In this document: positions 13,538 through 27,479 of the stretch, piece after piece
Numbering within the stretch: the stretch's first letter is position 1
How the letters are laid out: each line of letters begins with the position of its first letter
Origin: Eledone cirrhosa
Taxonomy: Eukaryota
NCBI GenBank assembly: GCA_964016885.1
Contig: OZ024741.1
Span: forward strand, 256,184,001-256,248,000
Length of the DNA stretch: 64,000 nucleotides
Direction of reading: 5' to 3'
Position numbers and translations under genes: made by a program
Notes under the pieces: model-generated
Seen by the model: only the letters and a program-made list of their open reading frames with translations
What the model was told of the DNA's origin: nothing
Databases searched by the model: none

Positions 13538-13983
13538 GACTTACGACTGTTTCGGCTTACGAGTGTTTCGGCTTACGAGTGTTTCGGCTTACGAGTGTTT
13601 TGACTTACGATTGTTTGGCTTACGAGTGTTCTGACTTACGGGTGTTCTGACTTACGGGTGTTCCGACTTACGAGTGTTTCGGCTTATGAGGGTTTCGACT
13701 TACGAGTGTTTCGACTTACGAGTGTTTCGGCTTACGAGTGTTTCGACTTACGAGTGTTCTGACTTACGACTGTTTCGGCTTACGAGTGTTTCGGCTTACG
13801 AGTGTTTCGGCTTACGAGTGTTTTGACTTACGATTGTTTGGCTTACGAGTGTTCTGACTTACGGGTGTTCTGACTTACGGGTGTTCCGACTTACGAGTGT
13901 TACGGCTTATGAGGGTTTCGACTTACGAGTGTTTCGACTTACGAGTGTTTCGGCTTACGAGTGTTTCGACTTACGAGTGTTCT
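13538..13983. repeat. 223-bp (14-monomer) tandem duplication nested inside the 1,558-bp HOR (one example copy)
   Basis: The block starting GACTTACGACTG at 13538 recurs at 13761 with the same variant order (13x16 + 1x15 bp). Confidence 0.88.
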
Positions 13984-14296
13984 GACTTACGAGTGTTCTG
14001 ACTTACGAGTGTTCTTACTTACGAGTGTTCCGACTTACGAGTGTTCCGACTTACGAGTGTTTCGGCTTACGAGTGTTTCGGCTTACGAGTGTTTCGACTT
14101 ACGAATGTTTCGACTTACGAGTGTTCCGACTTACGGGTGTTTCGACTTACGAGTGTTTTGGCTTACGGTGTTTCGGCTTACGAGTGTTTCGAGTTACGAG
14201 TGTTTTGACTTACACGTGTTTTGACATACGAGTGTTTCGACTTTACGAGTGTTTCGGCTCACGATTGTTTCGAATTACGAGTGTTTCGACTTACGA

Positions 14297-14365
14297 AAAT
14301 AACAAATAGACGCAGTTTCAAATCTCTATGCTTTTCAAATTCATTACATTAATCTTTATTTATAC
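14297..14365. repeat. 69-bp element copy 4 (variant GACGCAG)
   Basis: Direct match with one G>A. Confidence 0.97.
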
Positions 14366-15854
14366 GTTTCGCTTTACGATGTTTCGACTTACGAGTGTTT
14401 CGACATACGAGTGTTTCGGCTTACGAGTGTTTTGATTTACGAGTGTTTTGACTTACGGGTGCTTCGACTTACGCGTGTTTTGACTTACGAGTGTTTCGAC
14501 TTACGAGTGTTTCGACTTACGAGTGTTTCGGCTTACGAGTGTTTTGACTTACGAATGTTTTGACTTACGATTGTTTCGGCTTACGGGTGTTTCGACTTAC
14601 GAATGTTTTTGCTTACGAGTGTTTCGGCTTACGAGTGTTTCGGCTTATGAGTGTTTCGAATTACGAGTGTTTTGACTTACGGGTGTTTTGACATACGAGT
14701 GTTTCGATACGATTGTTCTGACTTACGAGTGTTTCCGCTTACGAGTGTTTCGGCTTACGAGTGTTTCGACTTACTAATGTTTTTACTTACGAGTGTTTCG
14801 GTGTACGAGTGTTTCGACTTAAGGATGTTTCGACTTACGAGTGTTTCGACTTACGAGTGTTTCGACTTACGAGTGTTTCGACTTACGAGTGTTTTGGCTT
14901 ACGAATGTTTTGACTTACGGGTGTTTCGACTTACGAGTATTTCGGCTTAAGAGTGTTTCGACGTACGAATGTTTTGGCTTACGAGTGTTTCGGCTTATGA
15001 GTGTTTCGGCTTACGAGTGTTTCGACTTACGAGTGTTTCGGCTTACGAGTGTTTCAGTGTTTCGGCTTACGTGTGTTTCGACTTACGAGTGTTTCGACTT
15101 ACGACTGTTTCGGCTTACGAGTGTTTCGGCTTACGAGTGTTTCGGCTTACGAGTGTTTTGACTTACGATTGTTTGGCTTACGAGTGTTCTGACTTACGGG
15201 TGTTCTGACTTACGGGTGTTCCGACTTACGAGTGTTTCGGCTTATGAGGGTTTCGACTTACGAGTGTTTCGACTTACGAGTGTTTCGGCTTACGAGTGTT
15301 TCGACTTACGAGTGTTCTGACTTACGACTGTTTCGGCTTACGAGTGTTTCGGCTTACGAGTGTTTCGGCTTACGAGTGTTTTGACTTACGATTGTTTGGC
15401 TTACGAGTGTTCTGACTTACGGGTGTTCTGACTTACGGGTGTTCCGACTTACGAGTGTTACGGCTTATGAGGGTTTCGACTTACGAGTGTTTCGACTTAC
15501 GAGTGTTTCGGCTTACGAGTGTTTCGACTTACGAGTGTTCTGACTTACGAGTGTTCTGACTTACGAGTGTTCTTACTTACGAGTGTTCCGACTTACGAGT
15601 GTTCCGACTTACGAGTGTTTCGGCTTACGAGTGTTTCGGCTTACGAGTGTTTCGACTTACGAATGTTTCGACTTACGAGTGTTCCGACTTACGGGTGTTT
15701 CGACTTACGAGTGTTTTGGCTTACGGTGTTTCGGCTTACGAGTGTTTCGAGTTACGAGTGTTTTGACTTACACGTGTTTTGACATACGAGTGTTTCGACT
15801 TTACGAGTGTTTCGGCTCACGATTGTTTCGAATTACGAGTGTTTCGACTTACGA

Positions 15855-15923
15855 AAATAACAAATAGACGCGGTTTCAAATCTCTATGCTTTTCAAATTC
15901 ATTACATTAATCTTTATTTATAC
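15855..15923. repeat. 69-bp element copy 5
   Basis: Direct match. Confidence 0.97.
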
Positions 15924-17349
15924 GTTTCGCTTTACGATGTTTCGACTTACGAGTGTTTCGACATACGAGTGTTTCGGCTTACGAGTGTTTTGATTTACGA
16001 GTGTTTTGACTTACGGGTGCTTCGACTTACGCGTGTTTTGACTTACGAGTGTTTCGACTTACGAGTGTTTCGACTTACGAGTGTTTCGGCTTACGAGTGT
16101 TTTGACTTACGAATGTTTTGACTTACGATTGTTTCGGCTTACGGGTGTTTCGACTTACGAATGTTTTTGCTTACGAGTGTTTCGGCTTACGAGTGTTTCG
16201 GCTTATGAGTGTTTCGAATTACGAGTGTTTTGACTTACGGGTGTTTTGACATACGAGTGTTTCGATACGATTGTTCTGACTTACGAGTGTTTCCGCTTAC
16301 GAGTGTTTCGGCTTACGAGTGTTTCGACTTACTAATGTTTTTACTTACGAGTGTTTCGGTGTACGAGTGTTTCGACTTAAGGATGTTTCGACTTACGAGT
16401 GTTTCGACTTACGAGTGTTTCGACTTACGAGTGTTTCGACTTACGAGTGTTTTGGCTTACGAATGTTTTGACTTACGGGTGTTTCGACTTACGAGTGTTT
16501 CGGCTTATGAGTGTTTCGACTTACGGGCGTTTCGACTTACGAGTGTTTCGACTTACGAGTGTTTTGGCTTACGAATGTTTTGACTTACGGGTGTTTCGAC
16601 TTACGAGTGTTTCGACTTATGAGTGTTTCGACTTACGAGTGTTTCGGCTTATGAGTGTTTCGACTTACGAGTGCTTCGGCTTACGAGTGTTTCGACTTAC
16701 GAGTATTTCGGCTTACGAGTGTTTCGACGTACGAATGTTTTGGCTTACGAGTGTTTCGGCTTATGAGTGTTTCGGCTTACGAGTGTTTCAGTGTTTCGGC
16801 TTACGTGTGTTTCGACTTACGAGTGTTTCGACTTACGACTGTTTCGGCTTATGAGTGTTTCGGCTTACGAGTGTTTCGGCTTACGAGTGTTTTGACTTAC
16901 GATTGTTTGGCTTACGAGTGTTCTGACTTACGGGTGTTCTGACTTACGGGTGTTCCGACTTACGAGTGTTTCGGCTTATGAGGGTTTCGACTTACGAGTG
17001 TTTCGACTTACGAGTGTTTCGGCTTACGAGTGTTTCGACTTACGAGTGTTCTGACTTACGAGTGTTCTGACTTACGAGTGTTCTTACTTACGAGTGTTCC
17101 GACTTACGAGTGTTCCGACTTACGAGTGTTTCGGCTTACGAGTGTTTCGGCTTACGAGTGTTTCGACTTACGAATGTTTCGACTTACGAGTGTTCCGACT
17201 TACGGGTGTTTCGACTTACGAGTGTTTTGGCTTACGGTGTTTCGGCTTACGAGTGTTTCGAGTTACGAGTGTTTTGACTTACGAGTGTTCCGACTTTACG
17301 AGTGTTTCGGCTCACGAGTGTTTCGGCTTACGAGTGTTTCGACTTACGA

Positions 17350-17418
17350 AAATAACAAATAGACGCGGTTTCAAATCTCTATGCTTTTCAAATTCATTAC
17401 ATTAATCTTTATTTATAC
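17350..17418. repeat. 69-bp element copy 6
   Basis: Direct match. Confidence 0.97.
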
Positions 17419-19130
17419 GTTTCGCTTTACGAGTGTTTCGACTTACGAGTGTTTCGACATACGAGTGTTTCGGCTTACGAGTGTTTTGATTTACGAGTGT
17501 TTTGACTTACGGGTGCTTCGACTTACGCGTGTTTCGACTTACGAGTGTTTCGACTTACGAGTGTTTCGACTTACGAGTGTTTCGGCTTACGAGTGTTTTG
17601 ACTTACGAAGTTTTGACTTACGATTGTTTCAGCTTACGAGTGTTTCGACTTACGAGTGTTCTGACTACGAGTGTTCTGATTTACGGGTGTTCTGACTTAC
17701 GAGTGTTCCGACTTACGAGTGTTTCGGCTTATGAGTGTTTCGACTTACGAGTGCTTCGACTTACGAGTGTTTCGGCTTACGGGTGTTTCGACTTACGAAT
17801 GTTTTTGCTTACGAGTGTTTCGGCTTACGAGTGTTTCGGCTTATGAGTGTTTCGACTTACGAGTGTTTTGACTTACGGGTGTTTTGACATACGAGTGTTT
17901 CGATACGATTGTTCTGACTTACGAGTGTTTCCGCTTACGAGTGTTTCGGCTTACGAGTATTTCGACTTACTAATGTTTTTACTTACGAGTGTTTCGGTGT
18001 ACGAGTGTTTCGACTTAAGGATGTTTCGACTTACGAGTGTTTCGACTTACGAGTGTTTCGACTTACGAGTGTTTTGGCTTACGAATGTTTTGACTTACGG
18101 GTGTTTCGACTTACGAGTGTTTCGACTTATGAGTGTTTCGACTTACGAGTGTTTCGGCTTATGAGTGTTTCGACTTACGAGTGCTTCGGCTTACGAGTGT
18201 TTCGACTTACGAGTATTTCGGCTTAAGAGTGTTTCGACGTACGAATGTTTTGGCTTACGAGTGTTTCGGCTTATGAGTGTTTCGGCTTACGAGTGTTTCG
18301 ACTTACGAGTGTTTCGGCTTACGAGTGTTTCAGTGTTTCGGCTTACGTGTGTTTCGACTTACGAGTGTTTCGACTTACGACTGTTTCGGCTTACGAGTGT
18401 TTCGGCTTACGAGTGTTTCGGCTTACGAGTGTTTTGACTTACGATTGTTTGGCTTACGAGTGTTCTGACTTACGGGTGTTCTGACTTACGGGTGTTCCGA
18501 CTTACGAGTGTTTCGGCTTATGAGGGTTTCGACTTACGATTGTTTCGACTTACGAGTGTTTCGGCTTACGAGTGTTTCGACTTACGAGTGTTCTGACTTA
18601 CGACTGTTTCGGCTTACGAGTGTTTCGGCTTACGAGTGTTTCGGCTTACGAGTGTTTTGACTTACGATTGTTTGGCTTACGAGTGTTCTGACTTACGGGT
18701 GTTCTGACTTACGGGTGTTCCGACTTACGAGTGTTACGGCTTATGAGGGTTTCGACTTACGAGTGTTTCGACTTACGAGTGTTTCGGCTTACGAGTGTTT
18801 CGACTTACGAGTGTTCTGACTTACGAGTGTTCTGACTTACGAGTGTTCTTACTTACGAGTGTTCCGACTTACGAGTGTTCCGACTTACGAGTGTTTCGGC
18901 TTACGAGTGTTTCGGCTTACGAGTGTTTCGACTTACGAATGTTTCGACTTACGAGTGTTCCGACTTACGGGTGTTTCGACTTACGAGTGTTTTGGCTTAC
19001 GGTATTTCGGCTTACGAGTGTTTCGAGTTACGAGTGTTTTGACTTACACGTGTTTTGACATACGAGTGTTTCGACTTTACGAGTGTTTCGGCTCACGATT
19101 GTTTCGAATTACGAGTGTTTCGACTTACGA

Positions 19131-19199
19131 AAATAACAAATAGACGCGGTTTCAAATCTCTATGCTTTTCAAATTCATTACATTAATCTTTATTTATAC
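19131..19199. repeat. 69-bp element copy 7
   Basis: Direct match. Confidence 0.97.
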
Positions 19200-20688
19200 G
19201 TTTCGCTTTACGAGGTTTCGACTTACGAGTGTTTCGACATACGAGTGTTTCGGCTTACGAGTGTTTTGATTTACGAGTGTTTTGACTTACGGGTGCTTCG
19301 ACTTACGCGTGTTTTGACTTACGAGTGTTTCGACTTACGAGTGTTTCGACTTACGAGTGTTTCGGCTTACGAGTGTTTTGACTTACGAATGTTTTGACTT
19401 ACGATTGTTTCGGCTTACGGGTGTTTCGACTTACGAATGTTTTTGCTTACGAGTGTTTCGGCTTACGAGTGTTTCGGCTTATGAGTGTTTCGAATTACGA
19501 GTGTTTTGACTTACGGGTGTTTTGACATACGAGTGTTTCGATACGATTGTTCTGACTTACGAGTGTTTCCGCTTACGAGTGTTTCGGCTTACGAGTGTTT
19601 CGACTTACTAATGTTTTTACTTACGAGTGTTTCGGTGTACGAGTGTTTCGACTTAAGGATGTTTCGACTTACGAGTGTTTCGACTTACGAGTGTTTCGAC
19701 TTACGAGTGTTTCGACTTACGAGTGTTTTGGCTTACGAATGTTTTGACTTACGGGTGTTTCGACTTACGAGTATTTCGGCTTAAGAGTGTTTCGACGTAC
19801 GAATGTTTTGGCTTACGAGTGTTTCGGCTTATGAGTGTTTCGGCTTACGAGTGTTTCGACTTACGAGTGTTTCGGCTTACGAGTGTTTCAGTGTTTCGGC
19901 TTACGTGTGTTTCGACTTACGAGTGTTTCGACTTACGACTGTTTCGGCTTACGAGTGTTTCGGCTTACGAGTGTTTCGGCTTACGAGTGTTTTGACTTAC
20001 GATTGTTTGGCTTACGAGTGTTCTGACTTACGGGTGTTCTGATTTACGGGTGTTCCGACTTACGAGTGTTTCGGCTTATGAGGGTTTCGACTTACGATTG
20101 TTTCGACTTACGAGTGTTTCGGCTTACGAGTGTTTCGACTTACGAGTGTTCTGACTTACGACTGTTTCGGCTTACGAGTGTTTCGGCTTACGAGTGTTTC
20201 GGCTTACGAGTGTTTTGACTTACGATTGTTTGGCTTACGAGTGTTCTGACTTACGGGTGTTCTGACTTACGGGTGTTCCGACTTACGAGTGTTACGGCTT
20301 ATGAGGGTTTCGACTTACGAGTGTTTCGACTTACGAGTGTTTCGGCTTACGAGTGTTTCGACTTACGAGTGTTCTGACTTACGAGTGTTCTGACTTACGA
20401 GTGTTCTTACTTACGAGTGTTCCGACTTACGAGTGTTCCGACTTACGAGTGTTTCGGCTTACGAGTGTTTCGGCTTACGAGTGTTTCGACTTACGAATGT
20501 TTCGACTTACGAGTGTTCCGACTTACGGGTGTTTCGACTTACGAGTGTTTGGGCTTACGGTGTTTCGGCTTACGAGTGTTTCGAGTTACGAGTGTTTTGA
20601 CTTACACGTGTTTTGACATACGAGTGTTTCGACTTTACGAGTGTTTCGGCTCACGATTGTTTCGAATTACGAGTGTTTCGACTTACGA

Positions 20689-20757
20689 AAATAACAAATA
20701 GACGCGGTTTCAAATCTCTATGCTTTTCAAATTCATTACATTAATCTTTATTTATAC
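20689..20757. repeat. 69-bp element copy 8
   Basis: Direct match. Confidence 0.97.
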
Positions 20758-22246
20758 GTTTCGCTTTACGATGTTTCGACTTACGAGTGTTTCGACATAC
20801 GAGTGTTTCGGCTTACGAGTGTTTTGATTTACGAGTGTTTTGACTTACGGGTGCTTCGACTTACGCGTGTTTTGACTTACGAGTGTTTCGACTTACGAGT
20901 GTTTCGACTTACGAGTGTTTCGGCTTACGAGTGTTTTGACTTACGAATGTTTTGACTTACGATTGTTTCGGCTTACGGGTGTTTCGACTTACGAATGTTT
21001 TTGCTTACGAGTGTTTCGGCTTACGAGTGTTTCGGCTTATGAGTGTTTCGAATTACGAGTGTTTTGACTTACGGGTGTTTTGACATACGAGTGTTTCGAT
21101 ACGATTGTTCTGACTTACGAGTGTTTCCGCTTACGAGTGTTTCGGCTTACGAGTGTTTCGACTTACTAATGTTTTTACTTACGAGTGTTTCGGTGTACGA
21201 GTGTTTCGACTTAAGGATGTTTCGACTTACGAGTGTTTCGACTTACGAGTGTTTCGACTTACGAGTGTTTCGACTTACGAGTGTTTTGGCTTACGAATGT
21301 TTTGACTTACGGGTGTTTCGACTTACGAGTATTTCGGCTTAAGAGTGTTTCGACGTACGAATGTTTTGGCTTACGAGTGTTTCGGCTTATGAGTGTTTCG
21401 GCTTACGAGTGTTTCGACTTACGAGTGTTTCGGCTTACGAGTGTTTCAGTGTTTCGGCTTACGTGTGTTTCGACTTACGAGTGTTTCGACTTACGACTGT
21501 TTCGGCTTACGAGTGTTTCGGCTTACGAGTGTTTCGGCTTACGAGTGTTTTGACTTACGATTGTTTGGCTTACGAGTGTTCTGACTTACGGGTGTTCTGA
21601 CTTACGGGTGTTCCGACTTACGAGTGTTTCGGCTTATGAGGGTTTCGACTTACGAGTGTTTCGACTTACGAGTGTTTCGGCTTACGAGTGTTTCGACTTA
21701 CGAGTGTTCTGACTTACGACTGTTTCGGCTTACGAGTGTTTCGGCTTACGAGTGTTTCGGCTTACGAGTGTTTTGACTTACGATTGTTTGGCTTACGAGT
21801 GTTCTGACTTACGGGTGTTCTGACTTACGGGTGTTCCGACTTACGAGTGTTACGGCTTATGAGGGTTTCGACTTACGAGTGTTTCGACTTACGAGTGTTT
21901 CGGCTTACGAGTGTTTCGACTTACGAGTGTTCTGACTTACGAGTGTTCTGACTTACGAGTGTTCTTACTTACGAGTGTTCCGACTTACGAGTGTTCCGAC
22001 TTACGAGTGTTTCGGCTTACGAGTGTTTCGGCTTACGAGTGTTTCGACTTACGAATGTTTCGACTTACGAGTGTTCCGACTTACGGGTGTTTCGACTTAC
22101 GAGTGTTTTGGCTTACGGTGTTTCGGCTTACGAGTGTTTCGAGTTACGAGTGTTTTGACTTACACGTGTTTTGACATACGAGTGTTTCGACTTTACGAGT
22201 GTTTCGGCTCACGATTGTTTCGAATTACGAGTGTTTCGACTTACGA

Positions 22247-22315
22247 AAATAACAAATAGACGCGGTTTCAAATCTCTATGCTTTTCAAATTCATTACATT
22301 AATCTTTATTTATAC
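22247..22315. repeat. 69-bp element copy 9
   Basis: Direct match. Confidence 0.97.
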
Positions 22316-23804
22316 GTTTCGCTTTACGATGTTTCGACTTACGAGTGTTTCGACATACGAGTGTTTCGGCTTACGAGTGTTTTGATTTACGAGTGTTTTG
22401 ACTTACGGGTGCTTCGACTTACGCGTGTTTTGACTTACGAGTGTTTCGACTTACGAGTGTTTCGACTTACGAGTGTTTCGGCTTACGAGTGTTTTGACTT
22501 ACGAATGTTTTGACTTACGATTGTTTCGGCTTACGGGTGTTTCGACTTACGAATGTTTTTGCTTACGAGTGTTTCGGCTTACGAGTGTTTCGGCTTATGA
22601 GTGTTTCGAATTACGAGTGTTTTGACTTACGGGTGTTTTGACATACGAGTGTTTCGATACGATTGTTCTGACTTACGAGTGTTTCCGCTTACGAGTGTTT
22701 CGGCTTACGAGTGTTTCGACTTACTAATGTTTTTACTTACGAGTGTTTCGGTGTACGAGTGTTTCGACTTAAGGATGTTTCGACTTACGAGTGTTTCGAC
22801 TTACGAGTGTTTCGACTTACGAGTGTTTCGACTTACGAGTGTTTTGGCTTACGAATGTTTTGACTTACGGGTGTTTCGACTTACGAGTATTTCGGCTTAA
22901 GAGTGTTTCGACGTACGAATGTTTTGGCTTACGAGTGTTTCGGCTTATGAGTGTTTCGGCTTACGAGTGTTTCGACTTACGAGTGTTTCGGCTTACGAGT
23001 GTTTCAGTGTTTCGGCTTACGTGTGTTTCGACTTACGAGTGTTTCGACTTACGACTGTTTCGGCTTACGAGTGTTTCGGCTTACGAGTGTTTCGGCTTAC
23101 GAGTGTTTTGACTTACGATTGTTTGGCTTACGAGTGTTCTGACTTACGGGTGTTCTGACTTACGGGTGTTCCGACTTACGAGTGTTTCGGCTTATGAGGG
23201 TTTCGACTTACGAGTGTTTCGACTTACGAGTGTTTCGGCTTACGAGTGTTTCGACTTACGAGTGTTCTGACTTACGACTGTTTCGGCTTACGAGTGTTTC
23301 GGCTTACGAGTGTTTCGGCTTACGAGTGTTTTGACTTACGATTGTTTGGCTTACGAGTGTTCTGACTTACGGGTGTTCTGACTTACGGGTGTTCCGACTT
23401 ACGAGTGTTACGGCTTATGAGGGTTTCGACTTACGAGTGTTTCGACTTACGAGTGTTTCGGCTTACGAGTGTTTCGACTTACGAGTGTTCTGACTTACGA
23501 GTGTTCTGACTTACGAGTGTTCTTACTTACGAGTGTTCCGACTTACGAGTGTTCCGACTTACGAGTGTTTCGGCTTACGAGTGTTTCGGCTTACGAGTGT
23601 TTCGACTTACGAATGTTTCGACTTACGAGTGTTCCGACTTACGGGTGTTTCGACTTACGAGTGTTTTGGCTTACGGTGTTTCGGCTTACGAGTGTTTCGA
23701 GTTACGAGTGTTTTGACTTACACGTGTTTTGACATACGAGTGTTTCGACTTTACGAGTGTTTCGGCTCACGATTGTTTCGAATTACGAGTGTTTCGACTT
23801 ACGA

Positions 23805-23873
23805 AAATAACAAATAGACGCGGTTTCAAATCTCTATGCTTTTCAAATTCATTACATTAATCTTTATTTATAC
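23805..23873. repeat. 69-bp element copy 10
   Basis: Direct match. Confidence 0.97.
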
Positions 23874-25566
23874 GTTTCGCTTTACGATGTTTCGACTTAC
23901 GAGTGTTTCGACATACGAGTGTTTCGGCTTACGAGTGTTTTGATTTACGAGTGTTTTGACTTACGGGTGCTTCGACTTACGCGTGTTTTGACTTACGAGT
24001 GTTTCGACTTACGAGTGTTTCGACTTACGAGTGTTTCGGCTTACGAGTGTTTTGACTTACGAATGTTTTGACTTACGATTGTTTCGGCTTACGGGTGTTT
24101 CGACTTACGAATGTTTTTGCTTACGAGTGTTTCGGCTTATGAGTGTTTCGACTTACGAGTGTTTTGACTTACGGGTGTTTTGACATACGAGTGTTTCGAT
24201 ACGATTGTTCTGACTTACGAGTGTTTCCGCTTACGAGTGTTTCGGCTTACGAGTGTTTCGACTTACTAATGTTTTTACTTACGAGTGTTTCGGTGTACGA
24301 GTGTTTCGACTTAAGGATGTTTCGACTTACGATTGTTTCGGCTTACGAGTGTTCTGACTACGAGTGTTCTGACTTACGGGTGTTCTGACTTACGAGTGTT
24401 CCGACTTACGAGTGTTTCGGCTTATGAGTGTTTCGACTTACGAGTGCTTCGACTTACGAGTGTTTCGGCTTACGGGTGTTTCGACTTACGAATGTTTTTG
24501 CTTACGAGTGTTTCGGCTTATGAGTGTTTCGACTTACGAGTGTTTTGACTTACGGGTGTTTTGACATACGAGTGTTTCGACTTACGAGTATTTCGGCTTA
24601 CGAGTGTTTCGACGTACGAATGTTTTGGCTTACGAGTGTTTCGGCTTATGAGTGTTTCGGCTTACGAGTGTTTCGACTTACGAGTGTTTCGGCTTACGAG
24701 TGTTTCAGTGTTTCGGCTTACGAGTGTTTCGACTTACGAGTGTTTCGACTTACGACTGTTTCCGCTTACGAGTGTTTCGGCTTACGAGTGTTTCGGCTTA
24801 CGAGTGTTTTGACTTACGATTGTTTGGCTTACGAGTGTTCTGACTTACGGGTGTTTTGACTTACGATTGTTTGGCTTACGAGTGTTCTGACTTACGGGTG
24901 TTCTGACTTACGAGTGTTCCGACTTACGAGTGTTTCGGCTTATGAGGGTTTCGACTTACGAGTGCTTCGGCTTACGAGTGTTTCGACTTACGAGTGTTTC
25001 GGCTTACGAGTGTTTCGACTTACGAGTGTTTCGACTTACGAGTGTTTTGACTTACGGTGTTTCGGCTTACGAGTGTTTCGACATACGAGTGTTTTGACGT
25101 ACGGGTGTTTCGACTTACGGGTCTTTCGACTTACGAGTGTTTCGACTTACGAGCGCTTCGACTTACGAGTGTTTCGACTTACGAGTGTTTCGGCGTATGA
25201 GTGTTTTGACTTACGAGTGTTTCGACTTACGAGTGTTTCGAATTACGAGTGTTTCGACTTACGAGTGTTTTGACTTACGAGTGTTTTGACTTACGGTGTT
25301 TGTGCTTACGAGTGTTTCGACTTACGAGTGTTATGACTTACGGGTGTTTTGACATACGAGTGTTTCGACTTACGAGTGTTTTGACTTACGGGTGTTTTGA
25401 CATACGAGTGTTTCGATACGAGTGTTCTGACTTACGAGTGTTCTGACTTACGAGTGTTCTGACTTACGAGTGTTCTGACTTACGAGTGTTCTGACTTACG
25501 AGTGTTCCGACTTTACGAGTGTTTCGGCTCACGAGTGTTTCGGCTTACAAGTGTTTCGACTTACGA

Positions 25567-25635
25567 AAATAACAAATAGACGCGGTTTCAAATCTCTATG
25601 CTTTTCAAATTCATTACATTAATCTTTATTTATAC
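25567..25635. repeat. 69-bp element copy 11
   Basis: Direct match. Confidence 0.97.
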
Positions 25636-27410
25636 GTTTCGCTTTACGAGTGTTTCGACTTACGAGTGTTTCGACATACGAGTGTTTCGGCTTACGAGTG
25701 TTTTGATTTACGAGTGTTTTGACTTACGGGTGCTTCGACTTACGCGTGTTTCGACTTACGAGTGTTTCGACTTATGAGTGTTTCGACTCACGAGTGTTTC
25801 GGCTTACGAGTGTTTTGACTTACGAATGTTTTGACTTACGATTGTTTCGGCTTACGAGTGTTTCGACTTACGAGTGTTCTGACTACGAGTGTTCTGACTT
25901 ACGGGTGTTCTGACTTACGAGTGTTCCGACTTACGAGTGTTTCGGCTTATGAGTGTTTCGACTTACGAGTGCTTCGATTTACGAGTGTTTCGGCTTACGG
26001 GTGTTTCGACTTACGAATGTTTTTGCTTACGAGTGTTTCGGCTTACGAGTGTTTCGGCTTATGAGTGTTTCGACTTACGAGTGTTTTGACTTACGGGTGT
26101 TTTGACATACGAGTGTTTCGATACGATTGTTCTGACTTACGAGTGTTTCCGCTTACGAGTGTTTCGGCTTACGAGTGTTTCGACTTACTAATGTTTTTAC
26201 TTGCGAGTGTTTCGGTGTACGAGTGTTTCGACTTAAGGATGTTTCGAATTACGAGTGTTTCGACTTACGAGTGTTTCGACTTACGAGTGTTTCGACTTAC
26301 GAGTGTTTTGGCTTACGAATGTTTTGACTTACGGGTGTTTCGACTTACGAGTGTTTCGGCTTATGAGTGTTTCGACTTACGGGCGTTTCGACTTACGGGT
26401 GTTTCGACTTACGAGTGTTTTGGCTTACGAATGTTTTGACTTACGGGTGTTTCGACTTACGAGTGTTTCGACTTATGAGTGTTTCGACTTACGAGTGTTT
26501 CGGCTTATGAGTGTTTCGACTTACGAGTGCTTCGGCTTACGAGTGTTTCGACTTACGAGTATTTCGGCTTACGAGTGTTTCGTCGTACGAATGTTTTGGC
26601 TTACGAGTGTTTCGGCTTATGAGTGTTTCGGCTTACGAGTGTTTCGACTTACGAGTGTTTCGGCTTACGAGTGTTTCAGTGTTTCGGCTTACGTGTGTTT
26701 CGACTTACGATTGTTTGGCTTACGAGTGTTCTGACTTACGAGTATTCTTACTTACGAGTGTTCCGACTTACGAGTGTTTCGGCTTACGAGTGTTTTGACT
26801 TACGATTGTTTGGCTTACGAGTGTTCTGACTTACGGGTGTTCTGACTTACGAGTGTTCCGACTTACGAGTGTTTCGGCTTATGAGGGTTTCGACTTACGA
26901 GTGCTTCGGCTTACGAGTGTTTCGACTTACGAGTGTTTCGGCTTACGAGTGTTTCGACTTACGAGTGTTCTGACTTACGAGTGTTCTGACTTACGAGTAT
27001 TCTTACTTACGAGTGTTCCGACTTACGAGTGTTTCGGCTTACGAGTGTTTCGGCTTATGAGTGTTTCGACTTACGAGTGCTTCGGTTTACGAGTGTTTCG
27101 GCTTACGAGTGTTTTGACTTAAGGGTGTTTCGACTTACGAGTGTTTCGATACGAGTGTTTCGACTTACGAGTGTTTCGGCTTACGAGTGTTTCGACTTAC
27201 GAGTGTTTCGACTTACGAGTGTTCCGATTTACGGGTGTTTCGACTTACGAGTGTTTTGGCTTACGGTGTTTCGACTTACGAGTGTTCTGACTTACGAGTG
27301 TTCTGACTTACGAGTGTTCTGACTTACGAGTGTTCTGACTTACGAGTGTTCCGACTTTACGAGTGTTTCGGCTCACGAGTGTTTCGGCTTACGAGTGTTT
27401 CGACTTACGA

Positions 27411-27479
27411 AAATAACAAATAGACGCGGTTTCAAATCTCTATGCTTTTCAAATTCATTACATTAATCTTTATTTATAC
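27411..27479. repeat. 69-bp element copy 12
   Basis: Direct match. Confidence 0.97.

Larger units (their letters stand above)
12739..15854. repeat. 1,558-bp HOR, 2 full element-to-element units (partial copies extend to about 11.8 kb and 16.5 kb)
   Basis: Elements at 12739, 14297 and 15855; identical ORF-track translations at a 1,558 offset. Confidence 0.95.
19131..23804. repeat. 1,558-bp HOR, 3 full units
   Basis: Elements at 19131, 20689, 22247 and 23805. Confidence 0.95.
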
